From Candidatus Latescibacterota bacterium (GTDB lineage Bacteria > Latescibacterota > UBA2968 > UBA8231): a DNA stretch of 64,000 nt. The stretch is taken from NCBI GenBank assembly GCA_965217585.1, contig OZ244561.1, forward strand, positions 5,216,001 through 5,280,000. The letters run 5' to 3'. The position numbers and the translations under genes are program-made. Shown in pieces: positions 40,254 to 50,125 of this stretch. The notes below the pieces were generated by a model. It did not search any database and had not been told where the DNA came from. It worked only from the letters and a program-made list of their open reading frames with translations. The number at the start of each line of letters is the position of its first letter. Position 1 is the first letter of the stretch.

Positions 40254-42104
40254 ATGAGACAGGTACTGATTCTAGTCCTGACAGTGTTGGGGATGGGAGT
40301 GGGCTATCGGGCCGAGGCGCGCCAATTTTACCAATTGGGGGGCCACGTTGGAAACCCTTGGAGTGAAAGCGGCACCCTGAGTTTCATCGATGTGGCAAAA
40401 GTGCCGGGTGCCATCCGCCCATTCAGCGCCGAAAGTGGCGAGAACCTGATTGCCTCGATGGGCGAGCGAAATGGCGACCTTACCAGCTTGGTGAGCATTT
40501 ACACCCTACCGGCGAATTGGTTAGAAGACCGCGTGTTGGTAGTAGATAGCGATGCGAACACGGCTTTTGTACACCCGCCGCGCATCAATTTCTTTCGCGG
40601 CCCCGGGTTCTTCTATACCACGCCGATGTTCTTCGATCTGGGGGCACCATTCCCCATCGAAGGGATCCGCTTTGCAACCCGCGCCGATCATCCGGGGCAC
40701 AAGATCCGCCAGTTTAGGCTTTCTATCAACGACGGCAGGGAAGAGAGCAAAAACGAAAAAGGAAATCTCATCTGGGCCTTGGTTCACGAAGAGAAGGACA
40801 ACTTGAGCCCAGTAGTAGAACTGGATATAGAACCCCGGATAGCACGCCACGTCTATCTCCATCCCTTGGAAGTGGGGGAGACTTGGGAAGTGGCCGAGTT
40901 CGAGGTGTACGGTCAGGGGTTCGTTCCCCAAGCCTCATTTCTGTCCGATCCGATCAATCTGGGACGAGCATCCAGTTTGGGACGCATTTGGTGGAACGGT
41001 CAACTTGATATAGGAGCGAAAATAGTCATCCAGAGCCGCAGCGGCAGCGATGACCAGCCCGAGGTCTACTGGCGCAAGACCGGGGTGGGGGGAGAGGAAG
41101 TGCCATTCGGAGCCAATGGTCGGCCCATGAGCCGCCAAGCGTATGGAGCCATGCCCCAGAATGTGCGAGGGGGCATTACCCAGGATCTGGAAAACTGGAG
41201 CGTATGGCACACCTATGAATATGCGGACGGACTCGCCGGCAGCCAGATTCGCTCTCCCAGCCCCCGGCAGTATGTGCAGTTACACATCGCTTTTTTCTCC
41301 GCCAGATTGGCGGGGGGACAGATCGACTCGCTGTTTTTTGAATTTTCCCAACCCCCTGTAGTCACCGAGGCGATTGGCGAGATCTACCCTCCTTTTGTCG
41401 AGTCACCCGACCCGGTTCGGTTCACCTATGCGGTGCGGACTCGACTGGAGGCAGAGCAATCCGGTTTCAATGTTCTCGAGGTGCGTACGCCCGCTCGTCT
41501 GGAGGCCATCCACGAGGTGCGTATCGACCGCGAAGTAGTCGATTTTACCCCGAATTTCGATCCGGCAGATCCCCACCAGTTCGCCGTCCAATTTGACCGC
41601 ATCGACCAAGACCAGACGCTGCTAGAAGTAGATTTCGACGCCCGAGTCTTCAACTACGGAACGACTTTCAGCGGCGCAGTGTCGGATGCGGACCGCGACG
41701 AAGTACCCCAGAGCGTGATTCCCGGAGATGCTATGAGCGAGTTGTTGAGCGACGCCTTGAACGTCCGCACGCCGCTCAAGGGCAGTCTGCTCAGCGTCGT
41801 GCAGGTGGTTCCCAACCCGTTCTCACCCAATGGAGACGGCGTCAACGACCAAGTGCAGTTCTCCTATACGTTACTGCGTCTGACCGATGTCGTGCCCCTT
41901 GCGACGGAAATCTACACGCTGGCGGGAAACCGAGTGCGCACCTTGGGCGGCGAGGAGGGGGGTAGCGCGCTTTATCAAGCTACTTGGGACGGTCGGGATG
42001 ACCAAGGCGAATTGGTAGCCCCAGGACTATACATTTACCGAGTCGTGGTAGAAGCGGGCAGTGGCCGGGAGGAGCGACTGGGGCCTATCGCTCTAGTGTA
42101 CTGA
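40254..42104 (+). CDS. Secreted protein with C-terminal PNGDG/FlgD-Ig domain (paralogue 2)
   Basis: SD AAGGAGG; FDLGAPFPI, EFEVYGQGF, PNPFSPNGDGVND, WDGRDDQGELVAPGLY; ends LVY. Confidence 0.8.
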   Translation: MRQVLILVLTVLGMGVGYRAEARQFYQLGGHVGNPWSESGTLSFIDVAKVPGAIRPFSAESGENLIASMGERNGDLTSLVSIYTLPANWLEDRVLVVDSDANTAFVHPPRINFFRGPGFFYTTPMFFDLGAPFPIEGIRFATRADHPGHKIRQFRLSINDGREESKNEKGNLIWALVHEEKDNLSPVVELDIEPRIARHVYLHPLEVGETWEVAEFEVYGQGFVPQASFLSDPINLGRASSLGRIWWNGQLDIGAKIVIQSRSGSDDQPEVYWRKTGVGGEEVPFGANGRPMSRQAYGAMPQNVRGGITQDLENWSVWHTYEYADGLAGSQIRSPSPRQYVQLHIAFFSARLAGGQIDSLFFEFSQPPVVTEAIGEIYPPFVESPDPVRFTYAVRTRLEAEQSGFNVLEVRTPARLEAIHEVRIDREVVDFTPNFDPADPHQFAVQFDRIDQDQTLLEVDFDARVFNYGTTFSGAVSDADRDEVPQSVIPGDAMSELLSDALNVRTPLKGSLLSVVQVVPNPFSPNGDGVNDQVQFSYTLLRLTDVVPLATEIYTLAGNRVRTLGGEEGGSALYQATWDGRDDQGELVAPGLYIYRVVVEAGSGREERLGPIALVY

Positions 42105-42112
42105 TAGAAGAC

Positions 42113-43849
42113 ATGAGAAACAGAAAACCATGGACTTGGCAAGGATGCGGGCTGGTACTCATATGGAGTCTCGCGGCGTGTTCTCCGGGTGTGGAGGTCG
42201 TCCTCGAACCCGGTGTGGTGGCGCGCATCGATTCCACTTCCATCACGGCTGCCGAAATGCGCGATTTCGTCGTCCAGATGCCCCAGTCCTTGCGCCTCCA
42301 GAGACAGGGAGACCTAGTGCGGGAGCGCTACCTGCGCAGTCTGCTGGGCAAGTACCTGCTCGTACTGGAGGCCAAAGAACGGGGATTGGATACCGCCGAG
42401 GTGGTACAGACTAAGGTGATGCACTACTGGCGACAGCACTTGGTCGACACCTATCGCCAACTCGCACTGGCCCCCAATGTGCAGGTTTCTGAGGAGGAGG
42501 TACGCGCTTATTTCGCCCACAGTGGCCTAGACCGCAAACGTCAGATGGCGGGCATTCTGGTGGAAGAGGACAGCACAGCAAAGCAAATCTATGAGCAACT
42601 CGAAGCGGGCGAGGATTTTGCCCAACTGGCCGCCGAGTACACCATAGACGAACGGTCGGCTTCCGAGGGAGGCATACTGGGATTTATCGATCTGGAGCAG
42701 GCCCGCAGGTTGCAGATTCCAGACGAGATGTTTCGCAGTCTGCCGAGTGAACAGCTATCCCCGATCCTGCCCATGGGCACGCGCTACCAAATCGTGCGTT
42801 TCCTCCAGGACCAGCCCGTTCCGCTAGAAGAGAAACGACAGCAGATTCGCGATATACTCTACGAACGCAAGCGACTAGAGCAGGAAAGGGCGGAAATCGC
42901 GGCCCTCGCCCGCAAGCTGGATGTGCAGCTAGTGCCAGAGGGATTAGATCTTCTATTGAATAAAGCGGCACTCCACACCCGGGTGCGACTCGCTCATCTG
43001 ACCACCGAGGAGGCGGGCCAGCCCCTCTTTACCTATAAGGCGGGCCAGATCGCTCTGGGAGATTACCTCAATGTTCTGTGGAAGGATATGCGGGCCCTGT
43101 CCGGCTGGGGTGTACGGGACAGTGCCGAGGTGGTTGATACAGCGCGGGAACTGGTTTTGATGCCGGCGCTGTTGGCAGAGGCGGCGCAGCGGGCCGGGTT
43201 GGAGGAGATGGCGGATGGACAACAGCGGTTGGCGGAAATACGCACGGAATCCATGATTAAACAGCTACGCCAGGAAGAGGTCATCGACCAATCAGAGGCG
43301 AGCCAGGAGGAAGCTAGGGATTTTTACGATGACAATGAGGAGTTGTTCAGGGAACCGGCCCAATACATCGTTGTTGAAGTGCTGGTCGAGACCGAGGTGG
43401 AAGCCGCCGGTTTGCTGCGCGCCATCGCACAAGGTGCGACCTTGGGAACGCTCGCCCAAAAGCACACCATCCGCCCAGGTATGAAGAAAGAAGATGGCTT
43501 GCTGCATCTGGGTGAGTACGAGCGTTTGACCCTGCCGCGGCTCTTCAAAGCAGTAAAGGCGGCCGACCTCGACAAAATCACCGGTCCGGAGCCTGTTGCA
43601 GGCGGATACAGCATTTTCAAAGTTCTCAACCGCCAGGGGGGAGAATTGTCTCCCTTTTTTCAAGTCGAGAAAAAGGCGCGGGCCTTGGTGCGTGGACAGA
43701 AGCGAGAGCAACTTTTCGAGGAATTGATAGATGACTTGCTGGACAAGTACAAAGAGCGGATCGCCGTATCTGACAGCGCGTTGACGGCGGCTCTACCCGA
43801 TGCGTTCCTGCAGCGCCAAGCATGGGAAGCCCCGACCAAGGGCGAATAG
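42113..43849 (+). CDS. Parvulin-type peptidyl-prolyl isomerase lipoprotein (PrsA/SurA-like, two PPIase-like domains)
   Basis: Lipobox LAAC; GEDFAQLAAEYTID..SA.EGG.LG; second GATLGTLAQKHT...DG.L. Confidence 0.8.
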   Translation: MRNRKPWTWQGCGLVLIWSLAACSPGVEVVLEPGVVARIDSTSITAAEMRDFVVQMPQSLRLQRQGDLVRERYLRSLLGKYLLVLEAKERGLDTAEVVQTKVMHYWRQHLVDTYRQLALAPNVQVSEEEVRAYFAHSGLDRKRQMAGILVEEDSTAKQIYEQLEAGEDFAQLAAEYTIDERSASEGGILGFIDLEQARRLQIPDEMFRSLPSEQLSPILPMGTRYQIVRFLQDQPVPLEEKRQQIRDILYERKRLEQERAEIAALARKLDVQLVPEGLDLLLNKAALHTRVRLAHLTTEEAGQPLFTYKAGQIALGDYLNVLWKDMRALSGWGVRDSAEVVDTARELVLMPALLAEAAQRAGLEEMADGQQRLAEIRTESMIKQLRQEEVIDQSEASQEEARDFYDDNEELFREPAQYIVVEVLVETEVEAAGLLRAIAQGATLGTLAQKHTIRPGMKKEDGLLHLGEYERLTLPRLFKAVKAADLDKITGPEPVAGGYSIFKVLNRQGGELSPFFQVEKKARALVRGQKREQLFEELIDDLLDKYKERIAVSDSALTAALPDAFLQRQAWEAPTKGE

Positions 43850-43883
43850 ATACGTAGGTACGTCTTATCCGGGACAATAGGTT

Positions 43884-46583
43884 ATGGAACACCGCTTACC
43901 TGCGCAGTACTCGATGATTTCGGAGACGGCCGCGAGGAGATCGGGTCTTTTGTCCCCGGCGCTCTGTTTTGTAGCCCTTTTTTTTCCTATGGCTCTAAAC
44001 GGGGTATGGGCCCAGTCGAGGGGTTACAGTCTGGGCGCGGATCGGGTAGAGGTGCGGACTCAGGCGCACTGGCAGGCTTGGGATTTTCCGAGGGATATGG
44101 TGACTATAACGCCGTCTGGCTCGGTGCAGTCCAGATTTGTACAAGTACCGCACAACGCCATATTGAATGCGGCCGACTTCAGCTATCCCATTGATGGCAG
44201 CTTGCGAGATCAGTACGCCAATTCGTTCCAAGATGAAAATAACACTCTGCTGGCGCGCGGCGGTATCAAAAGGGCTGGTTCAAATCCGCAGCTAGCGGAG
44301 CGGGCCATTGATGCAAATCCAGTTACAGCTTGGGAGCCGGACCCGGCCGATCCTCTGCGGGACTGGGTGTTGGAGATCGATCTTGGCCGTCTGGTGTCGG
44401 CCACCAAGGTCGTCGTGCGCTTTGCCGAAGAAGGGGACCCGTTCCTGCAATTCAGGGTGCATTCGGCAGGGGGGCAAAACCCCTTCGGCACGGCTGACCG
44501 CAGCGGTGCCTTGGACTATACCTTGGTCGGCAGTACCACTCAGCCCAATCGCGACCAGCGGGTCTTTGAGTTTGACCTCGCACCGCTGGGTACCCATACA
44601 GAGGAGTGGAGCGGCCGCATTATGCAGTACCTGCGCGTCGCGGCCACGGCTACCAATGGCGAGCGGGCGCAACAGCTCTCTGCCGAGGATTATCAGGCGT
44701 TGGCGGCAGAGAACCAAGGCGCTGTGGAATACGTCTGGAAAATCGCCGGTGAAGAGCGTCTAGTAACGGCCGAGCGCTACGACCAGTTGCCACTTGAGCA
44801 GCAGGGCGGGGTGCGCTATTACCGCCGCGAACGACCTCAACTCGCCGAGGTGGAGGTATGGACTATAGGCGAGAACATCGCCTTGGGAATCGTAGCGCGC
44901 GGCGGTAATTTGCACGACGTCAATCCCAATTCTTCGCCCGAACTTGCCGTTGACGGCAACGTGCGCACCGAGTGGCAGGGCATGGTTTACTTTCCCACCG
45001 GAGAGACCGCCGAGTGGGGTTTGTTGAACGTGAATCTGGGCTCTCACTTCACGATCCATGCCGTGCGCATCATTACCCGCGTCGGAGGAAGAAACCTGAT
45101 TGGTTATCTATTGCGCGGTTCGGACGGCTCGCTGGCACCCGATGGCAGTTTGATCTGGGAGGAATTGAGTGGTGAGACGCGGCAGCTAAACCAGAATACG
45201 CGGCTGTTCGAGGATCGCTTTGCGCCGCGTCCGATACGCTTTCTGGAATTCCGCAACCTAGATATTGCCCGCCGCACTAGGGCCCATGAAGGGCACCGGA
45301 TACTGAGCACGGTGACCGAAATCCAAGTCTTCGCCAACGGGCACTTGCCGATCCTCGAGATGACTTCCGACCTCATTGATCTGGGGAGTTCCAAGACGCT
45401 GACGACCATCGAATGGGAAGCTGACACTCCCTCGGGCACGGCGGTGGAAATCCGCACCCGCACGGGAAACGAGCTGCGCGAAGTAAACCGCTATTTCAAA
45501 AAAGACGGCACGGAAGTAGCCAACAAAGAAGAATACGAGGAGCAGCCGTCTTTCTACAGGGGGGAGATTCTTACCGAGTTCCTGCCGGGACCGGGCTGGA
45601 GCAACTGGAGTCAAGTCTACGTCAAATCGGGCGAAGTCGTACGTTCTCCCAATCCCCGGCGCTATATGATGATCCAGACGAGACTGCTCAGTGAAGACGC
45701 AGCCGCGGCCCCCAGCTTGGATTCGATCCAGATCCATTTCACAGCGCCGCTGGTAGAGCACATCGCTGGGGAAATAGAGCCCAAGCGGAATGTCCCCCTC
45801 GGCGAACTCACCGATTTCGACCTTTTCATCCGCCCCTCCTTCGCTGCTCGGGACCCAGGATTCGACCGCATCCGCCTCATAGCGCCTTCGCGAGCGAATA
45901 TCGAACTGCGCCAAGTGAGTTTGGGAGACGAAAGCGGATTTGCAGCCGGAAACGAGGAAATATTTGCCGAAGTAGCAAAAGGCCGTTTTGAGAATGAGGC
46001 GGGGGAGGAGCTGGAATTGACCAAGGTGGCAATTGACACTCTGCAACTAGGCCTGCCAAGGATACTGAAGCGAGGCAGTGCGGATATTGTGCGGATCTCT
46101 TTTTCGTCGCGCGTCTTCCTGAGCGGTGCCACTTTTGCAGCCGAAGTTGGGCGTTCGACGCAAGCGGACAACTGGCAGAGGGTGGATCCGGCGGACCCGG
46201 TAGGAGACGAATTGGCCGCCGGTGAGGGGTTGACAGTATTGACGACCGACCGCGGCGGACAGATCGGGATGATCGAGGTAGATCCCTCCACTTTTACCCC
46301 AAATGGCGACGGCATCAACGACACGGCTGTCTTTTCGTTTGCCGTGCTCAAAGTCAATGTAGCCCGGCAAGTAGCGGTGGATTTCTACGACTTAGCAGGC
46401 CGGAAAGTGAGGCGTCTTTCTGAGAGGCGCAATATGGCGAACGGGCTGTATCGCCTTGTCTGGGACGGACGGGACGAAGGGGGAACTTTAGTATCCCCAG
46501 GCCTTTACCTCGCCCGTATCGAGGTAGATGACGACGCGGGGGATGCCAACTCGGCTGTCCGCCTAGTTGGGGTGGCGTATTGA
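43884..46583 (+). CDS. Secreted protein with two discoidin-like domains and C-terminal PNGDG/FlgD-Ig domain (paralogue 3)
   Basis: AIDANPVTAW...IDLGRLV; VNLGSHF; FTPNGDGIND, FYDLAGRKVR, WDGRDEGG.LVSPGLY; ends VAY. Confidence 0.8.
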   Translation: MEHRLPAQYSMISETAARRSGLLSPALCFVALFFPMALNGVWAQSRGYSLGADRVEVRTQAHWQAWDFPRDMVTITPSGSVQSRFVQVPHNAILNAADFSYPIDGSLRDQYANSFQDENNTLLARGGIKRAGSNPQLAERAIDANPVTAWEPDPADPLRDWVLEIDLGRLVSATKVVVRFAEEGDPFLQFRVHSAGGQNPFGTADRSGALDYTLVGSTTQPNRDQRVFEFDLAPLGTHTEEWSGRIMQYLRVAATATNGERAQQLSAEDYQALAAENQGAVEYVWKIAGEERLVTAERYDQLPLEQQGGVRYYRRERPQLAEVEVWTIGENIALGIVARGGNLHDVNPNSSPELAVDGNVRTEWQGMVYFPTGETAEWGLLNVNLGSHFTIHAVRIITRVGGRNLIGYLLRGSDGSLAPDGSLIWEELSGETRQLNQNTRLFEDRFAPRPIRFLEFRNLDIARRTRAHEGHRILSTVTEIQVFANGHLPILEMTSDLIDLGSSKTLTTIEWEADTPSGTAVEIRTRTGNELREVNRYFKKDGTEVANKEEYEEQPSFYRGEILTEFLPGPGWSNWSQVYVKSGEVVRSPNPRRYMMIQTRLLSEDAAAAPSLDSIQIHFTAPLVEHIAGEIEPKRNVPLGELTDFDLFIRPSFAARDPGFDRIRLIAPSRANIELRQVSLGDESGFAAGNEEIFAEVAKGRFENEAGEELELTKVAIDTLQLGLPRILKRGSADIVRISFSSRVFLSGATFAAEVGRSTQADNWQRVDPADPVGDELAAGEGLTVLTTDRGGQIGMIEVDPSTFTPNGDGINDTAVFSFAVLKVNVARQVAVDFYDLAGRKVRRLSERRNMANGLYRLVWDGRDEGGTLVSPGLYLARIEVDDDAGDANSAVRLVGVAY

Positions 46584-46696
46584 CTTTTGCGCTGCGTCAG
46601 CGGTCGCACAACGGCCGTCGGAAACTTTAAGGCGGCTTCTCACCTATCCGCCCGCTCCGGCCTTGATACAGCAAAGATTCCCAGTTTAATTGGAAC

Positions 46697-47317
46697 GTGC
46701 CTACGAGCGCGGGATTAATGAACGCCTTGTCCAATTACTACGAGCCAGGCCCGCTGATCCTGTTGCAGCGTCCGGTCGTCCTCATCGGCTTCCTCGGCGT
46801 TGACCAACACGGCTTGGGCCGCGACTTGGCCGCCTTGAGCGGCCTGCCTCTCGTCGAAGTGGATCGCTGGATCGAACACGAGGCTGGCCAATCCTTGGTT
46901 TCCCTCGTGCAGACGCAGGGGATAGAGGCCTTGCGCCAATTAGAGGACCGCTTTCTCGCCCAAGCGCTGTCCGCTCGTCCGCCCGGGATCATCGTCTTGG
47001 GTGATGGGGCGCTGATCAAAGAGGCCAACCTCCGGCAGGTACTGGCCAAAGCGACGTTGGTGTACCTCAAATTGTCGCTGGCCAGCACCTATTGGAAGCT
47101 GCGCCACCAAGCCCTAGAAACGGCGCGGCGGCCGCATCCGCTGCTGCTGCAACCGCCCGAAAATACGGCGCAACTCAGGCCGCTGTTGGCCGAGCGCCAA
47201 GGCGGCTTTGACCAAGCCCACGCGACGTTGGACATGGACGAGATGGCTCCAGAGGCGGCCCTGCGCCACTTGTTGGATAAGCTGCCCCAATGGGGGACCA
47301 CGAGGCCCATATCTTAG
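46697..47317 (+). CDS. Shikimate-kinase-like protein with degenerate Walker A
   Basis: VVLIGFLG.....GRDLA, D.WIE..AG.S, G.EALR.LE; GKS/T replaced by DQH. Start could be ATG 46718. Confidence 0.7.
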   Translation: MPTSAGLMNALSNYYEPGPLILLQRPVVLIGFLGVDQHGLGRDLAALSGLPLVEVDRWIEHEAGQSLVSLVQTQGIEALRQLEDRFLAQALSARPPGIIVLGDGALIKEANLRQVLAKATLVYLKLSLASTYWKLRHQALETARRPHPLLLQPPENTAQLRPLLAERQGGFDQAHATLDMDEMAPEAALRHLLDKLPQWGTTRPIS

Positions 47318-47393
47318 GATTGCCCTACCCGGCCTCCAGCGGTACTTTCTTGGCCGAAATCGCCCTTGTTCCCATCATCTCAGGAGACTTCTC

Positions 47394-48875
47394 ATGTTAG
47401 ACCCGCAGTACCTCCTCAGCGACGAGGAGATGCAGCAGTTCATAGCCGAGGGCTGTCTCACGCTCAAGTCCTCTCTGCCCACCTCCCTCCACCAAGACAT
47501 CTACCAGCGCACCGAAGAAGTCTTTGCCAAGGAGGGCAATCCCGGCAACAACATCCTGCCCCGCATCCCGGCGTTGCAGCAGGTCTTTGACGATCCAGTC
47601 ATACGCGGTGCCCTCACTTCGGTGGTAGGGCCGGATTACATCATGCACGCCCACCGCCACTGCCACATCAATCGGCCCGGCAGCGAGGGCGGCGGCTGGC
47701 ACAAGGACAGCTATTGGGGCTATCGCAAGGTGCGCTATCACCGCAATCGCTGGGTGATGATCTTCTACTACCCCCAAGACGTCACCTTGGAAAATGGCCC
47801 CACTGGGGTCATGCCCGGCACGCATTACTACAACGACCGTGCAGCCGACGAGCAGGACGAGCGGCACTTGCCCGTCTGTGGCGAGGCTGGTACCTGCACC
47901 TTGGTGCATTTTGACTTGTGGCACCGGGCCATGCCCAACAGCACGGACGCCAACCGCTACATGATGAAGTTCCAATTTACCCGCCTCAGCGAGCCGAGCC
48001 GGCCCACTTGGAACATCCAAGCCCCGGGGTGGCCGGCCAACGGCTCGGCTCCCTCTACCAAGCATCGAATCGTGTGGTCGCGGATATGGGATTGGCACGC
48101 GGGAGCCCAAAATCAAGCCGAGGCCAACGGGCAAATCGAGCAACTAAGCGAGTTCCTTAACGGGACGTTGGAACAACGCTTGGCAGCGACCGATGCCCTC
48201 GGCGCGTTGGGGGAAAAGGCCGCTCCGGCACTAGATGCGCTGCTCGGCGCGCTGGGCGACGAAGCCGAGCCGGTGCGCCTCAACGCCGCGTATGCGCTCG
48301 GTGCAGTGGGTGCGGCCGCAGTAGGCCCGTTGCTTGCAGCCTTAGACGACGAGCGCGAACACGTGCGCGAACACGCTGCGTATGCACTCGGTGCAGTGGG
48401 AGAGGAAGCTGTGGACGCCTTGGTTGCGTCTCTTGGCGATGAGCGCGCCCACGTGCGGGGTTTTGCCGCGTACGCGCTGGGCGACATGGGGGCGCGAGCG
48501 GGTGCCGCGGCCGCGACCGCCCTGAGCGCGCTGCACGATGACTCGGACGCATGGGTGCGGCGCAACGGGGCCGAGGCCCTCGGAACCATTGCGCTGAGTC
48601 CAGAAGCCTCCGTGCCTGCGTTGGCCGCGCTGCTGGCGGACGAGGACGAGCAGGTGCGCTTCAACGCCGCCTATGCACTGGCCCACTTCGGCCCGGCGGC
48701 CGCGGCGGCCACAGACGCGTTGGCCGCGTCCCTCAGCGACGAGAATCGCTATGTCCAAGGGCACAGCACCGCGGCCCTGCAACAGATTGGCACGCCCCAG
48801 GCCCAAGACGTATTGCTGCACCATTTGACCGTAGCGCGCTGGTGCCCCATAACGACCAAGGAGACCACGTTCTGA
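47394..48875 (+). CDS. PhyH-family Fe(II)/2OG dioxygenase fused to HEAT (PBS-lyase-like) repeats
   Basis: SD AGGAG; WHKD, NGPT.V.PGTH, HFDLWHRA; repeats VR.NAAYALG. Confidence 0.88.
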   Translation: MLDPQYLLSDEEMQQFIAEGCLTLKSSLPTSLHQDIYQRTEEVFAKEGNPGNNILPRIPALQQVFDDPVIRGALTSVVGPDYIMHAHRHCHINRPGSEGGGWHKDSYWGYRKVRYHRNRWVMIFYYPQDVTLENGPTGVMPGTHYYNDRAADEQDERHLPVCGEAGTCTLVHFDLWHRAMPNSTDANRYMMKFQFTRLSEPSRPTWNIQAPGWPANGSAPSTKHRIVWSRIWDWHAGAQNQAEANGQIEQLSEFLNGTLEQRLAATDALGALGEKAAPALDALLGALGDEAEPVRLNAAYALGAVGAAAVGPLLAALDDEREHVREHAAYALGAVGEEAVDALVASLGDERAHVRGFAAYALGDMGARAGAAAATALSALHDDSDAWVRRNGAEALGTIALSPEASVPALAALLADEDEQVRFNAAYALAHFGPAAAAATDALAASLSDENRYVQGHSTAALQQIGTPQAQDVLLHHLTVARWCPITTKETTF

Positions 48876-50125
48876 GAAAATCACGTGTAAAGGCTAGGGT
48901 TCACCAATACATCGAAAAGCACCAAGAGCAGTTGCTCGGCAGCGCGCAGGCGCTAGTTCGCGTGGATACCGTCAATCCGCCGGGGCGGAACTACCAAGCG
49001 ATGGCCGACGCACTCTTGGGGTGCTGTCAGGGCTTGGGTATGCAGGCCCAAGTCCACCGCGTCCCCGATCAAGAGGTGCGTCGATTACTTGGCTCGGACG
49101 AGTTCCCGCGCTATAACCTGATTGCTCGATGGGACATCGGCCGGCCGCAGACGGTGCATTTCAACGCCCACTACGACGTGGTGCCCTGCGCCGGGCAGTG
49201 GAAATTCGGCGACCCTTTCGAGCCGGGGCTGGCCGGCGGTGCGCTCTACGGCCGCGGTGCCGGGGATATGAAAGGGTCAATCGCCGCGTTGCTGATGGCT
49301 GTGGAGGCGCTCAGGGCGGCGGGGGTTGAGCCGGCTTTCAACATCGAGTGTTCGTTCACGGCCGACGAGGAGACCGGCGGCCAATTGGGCGCGGGATGGA
49401 TCGTAAACAAGGGATTGGTGAATGCCGATTTCGCGGTCGTCTGCGAGGGAGCGGCCGGGACGCAGGTTGGCTGCGGCCACAACGGCGTACTCTGGTTAGA
49501 GGTCGAGCTGACGGGCAAGGCCGCCCATGCTTCTAGCCCAGAACAGGGGGTCAACGCCTTTGAAGCCATGGCCAGCGTAGTGCAGAAGTTGCAAGCCTAC
49601 AAACGGAAACTGAATGCGCCCCAGCGCTGCTACGTGGATTTCGACGGTCGGTCGCGCAACCCCACGCTCAATATCGGTGGCGTCTTCGCTGGCGGGGAGG
49701 GCGACAAGATCAACACCGTACCCGCCTATGCTCGCTTTTCGCTGGACCGCCGCTTAGTGCCCGGCGAACAGCTCGCAACAGTCGAGCGCGAGCTGAGACG
49801 CGCTGTGGAGCGGGCCGCCGAGCCACCCTGCCGAGTGGCAGCGCCTTTGCAGATTGAACCTTGCGTCGTCGATGCCGAGCACGCGCTGCCCCAGGCCTTT
49901 GCGCGGGCCGTGCAAGCCGTGCGCCGCCGCGCCGCTAGCTACCGGCTCAGCTCTGGCTTTACAGACTTGCACTACTTTGCGATTGACGGCGGCCTGCCCG
50001 GCATTGGCTATGGCGTAAAGGGCGAGCGCATTCACGGGGTAGATGAGCGCGTGCGGGTGCGCGACTTGGTGTTGACGGCCCGCACGTACGCCGAGTTTAT
50101 GCTGCGCGGTTTGGAGGCCCATTGA
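48872..50125 (+). CDS. M20 (ArgE/DapE) family metallo-deacylase
   Basis: TVNPPG, FNAHYDVVP, YGRGAGDMKG, ADEETGG, GKAAHAS, HGVDE; start codon uncertain (CTG 48872 or TTG 48932). Confidence 0.88.
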   Translation: MRKSRVKARVHQYIEKHQEQLLGSAQALVRVDTVNPPGRNYQAMADALLGCCQGLGMQAQVHRVPDQEVRRLLGSDEFPRYNLIARWDIGRPQTVHFNAHYDVVPCAGQWKFGDPFEPGLAGGALYGRGAGDMKGSIAALLMAVEALRAAGVEPAFNIECSFTADEETGGQLGAGWIVNKGLVNADFAVVCEGAAGTQVGCGHNGVLWLEVELTGKAAHASSPEQGVNAFEAMASVVQKLQAYKRKLNAPQRCYVDFDGRSRNPTLNIGGVFAGGEGDKINTVPAYARFSLDRRLVPGEQLATVERELRRAVERAAEPPCRVAAPLQIEPCVVDAEHALPQAFARAVQAVRRRAASYRLSSGFTDLHYFAIDGGLPGIGYGVKGERIHGVDERVRVRDLVLTARTYAEFMLRGLEAH

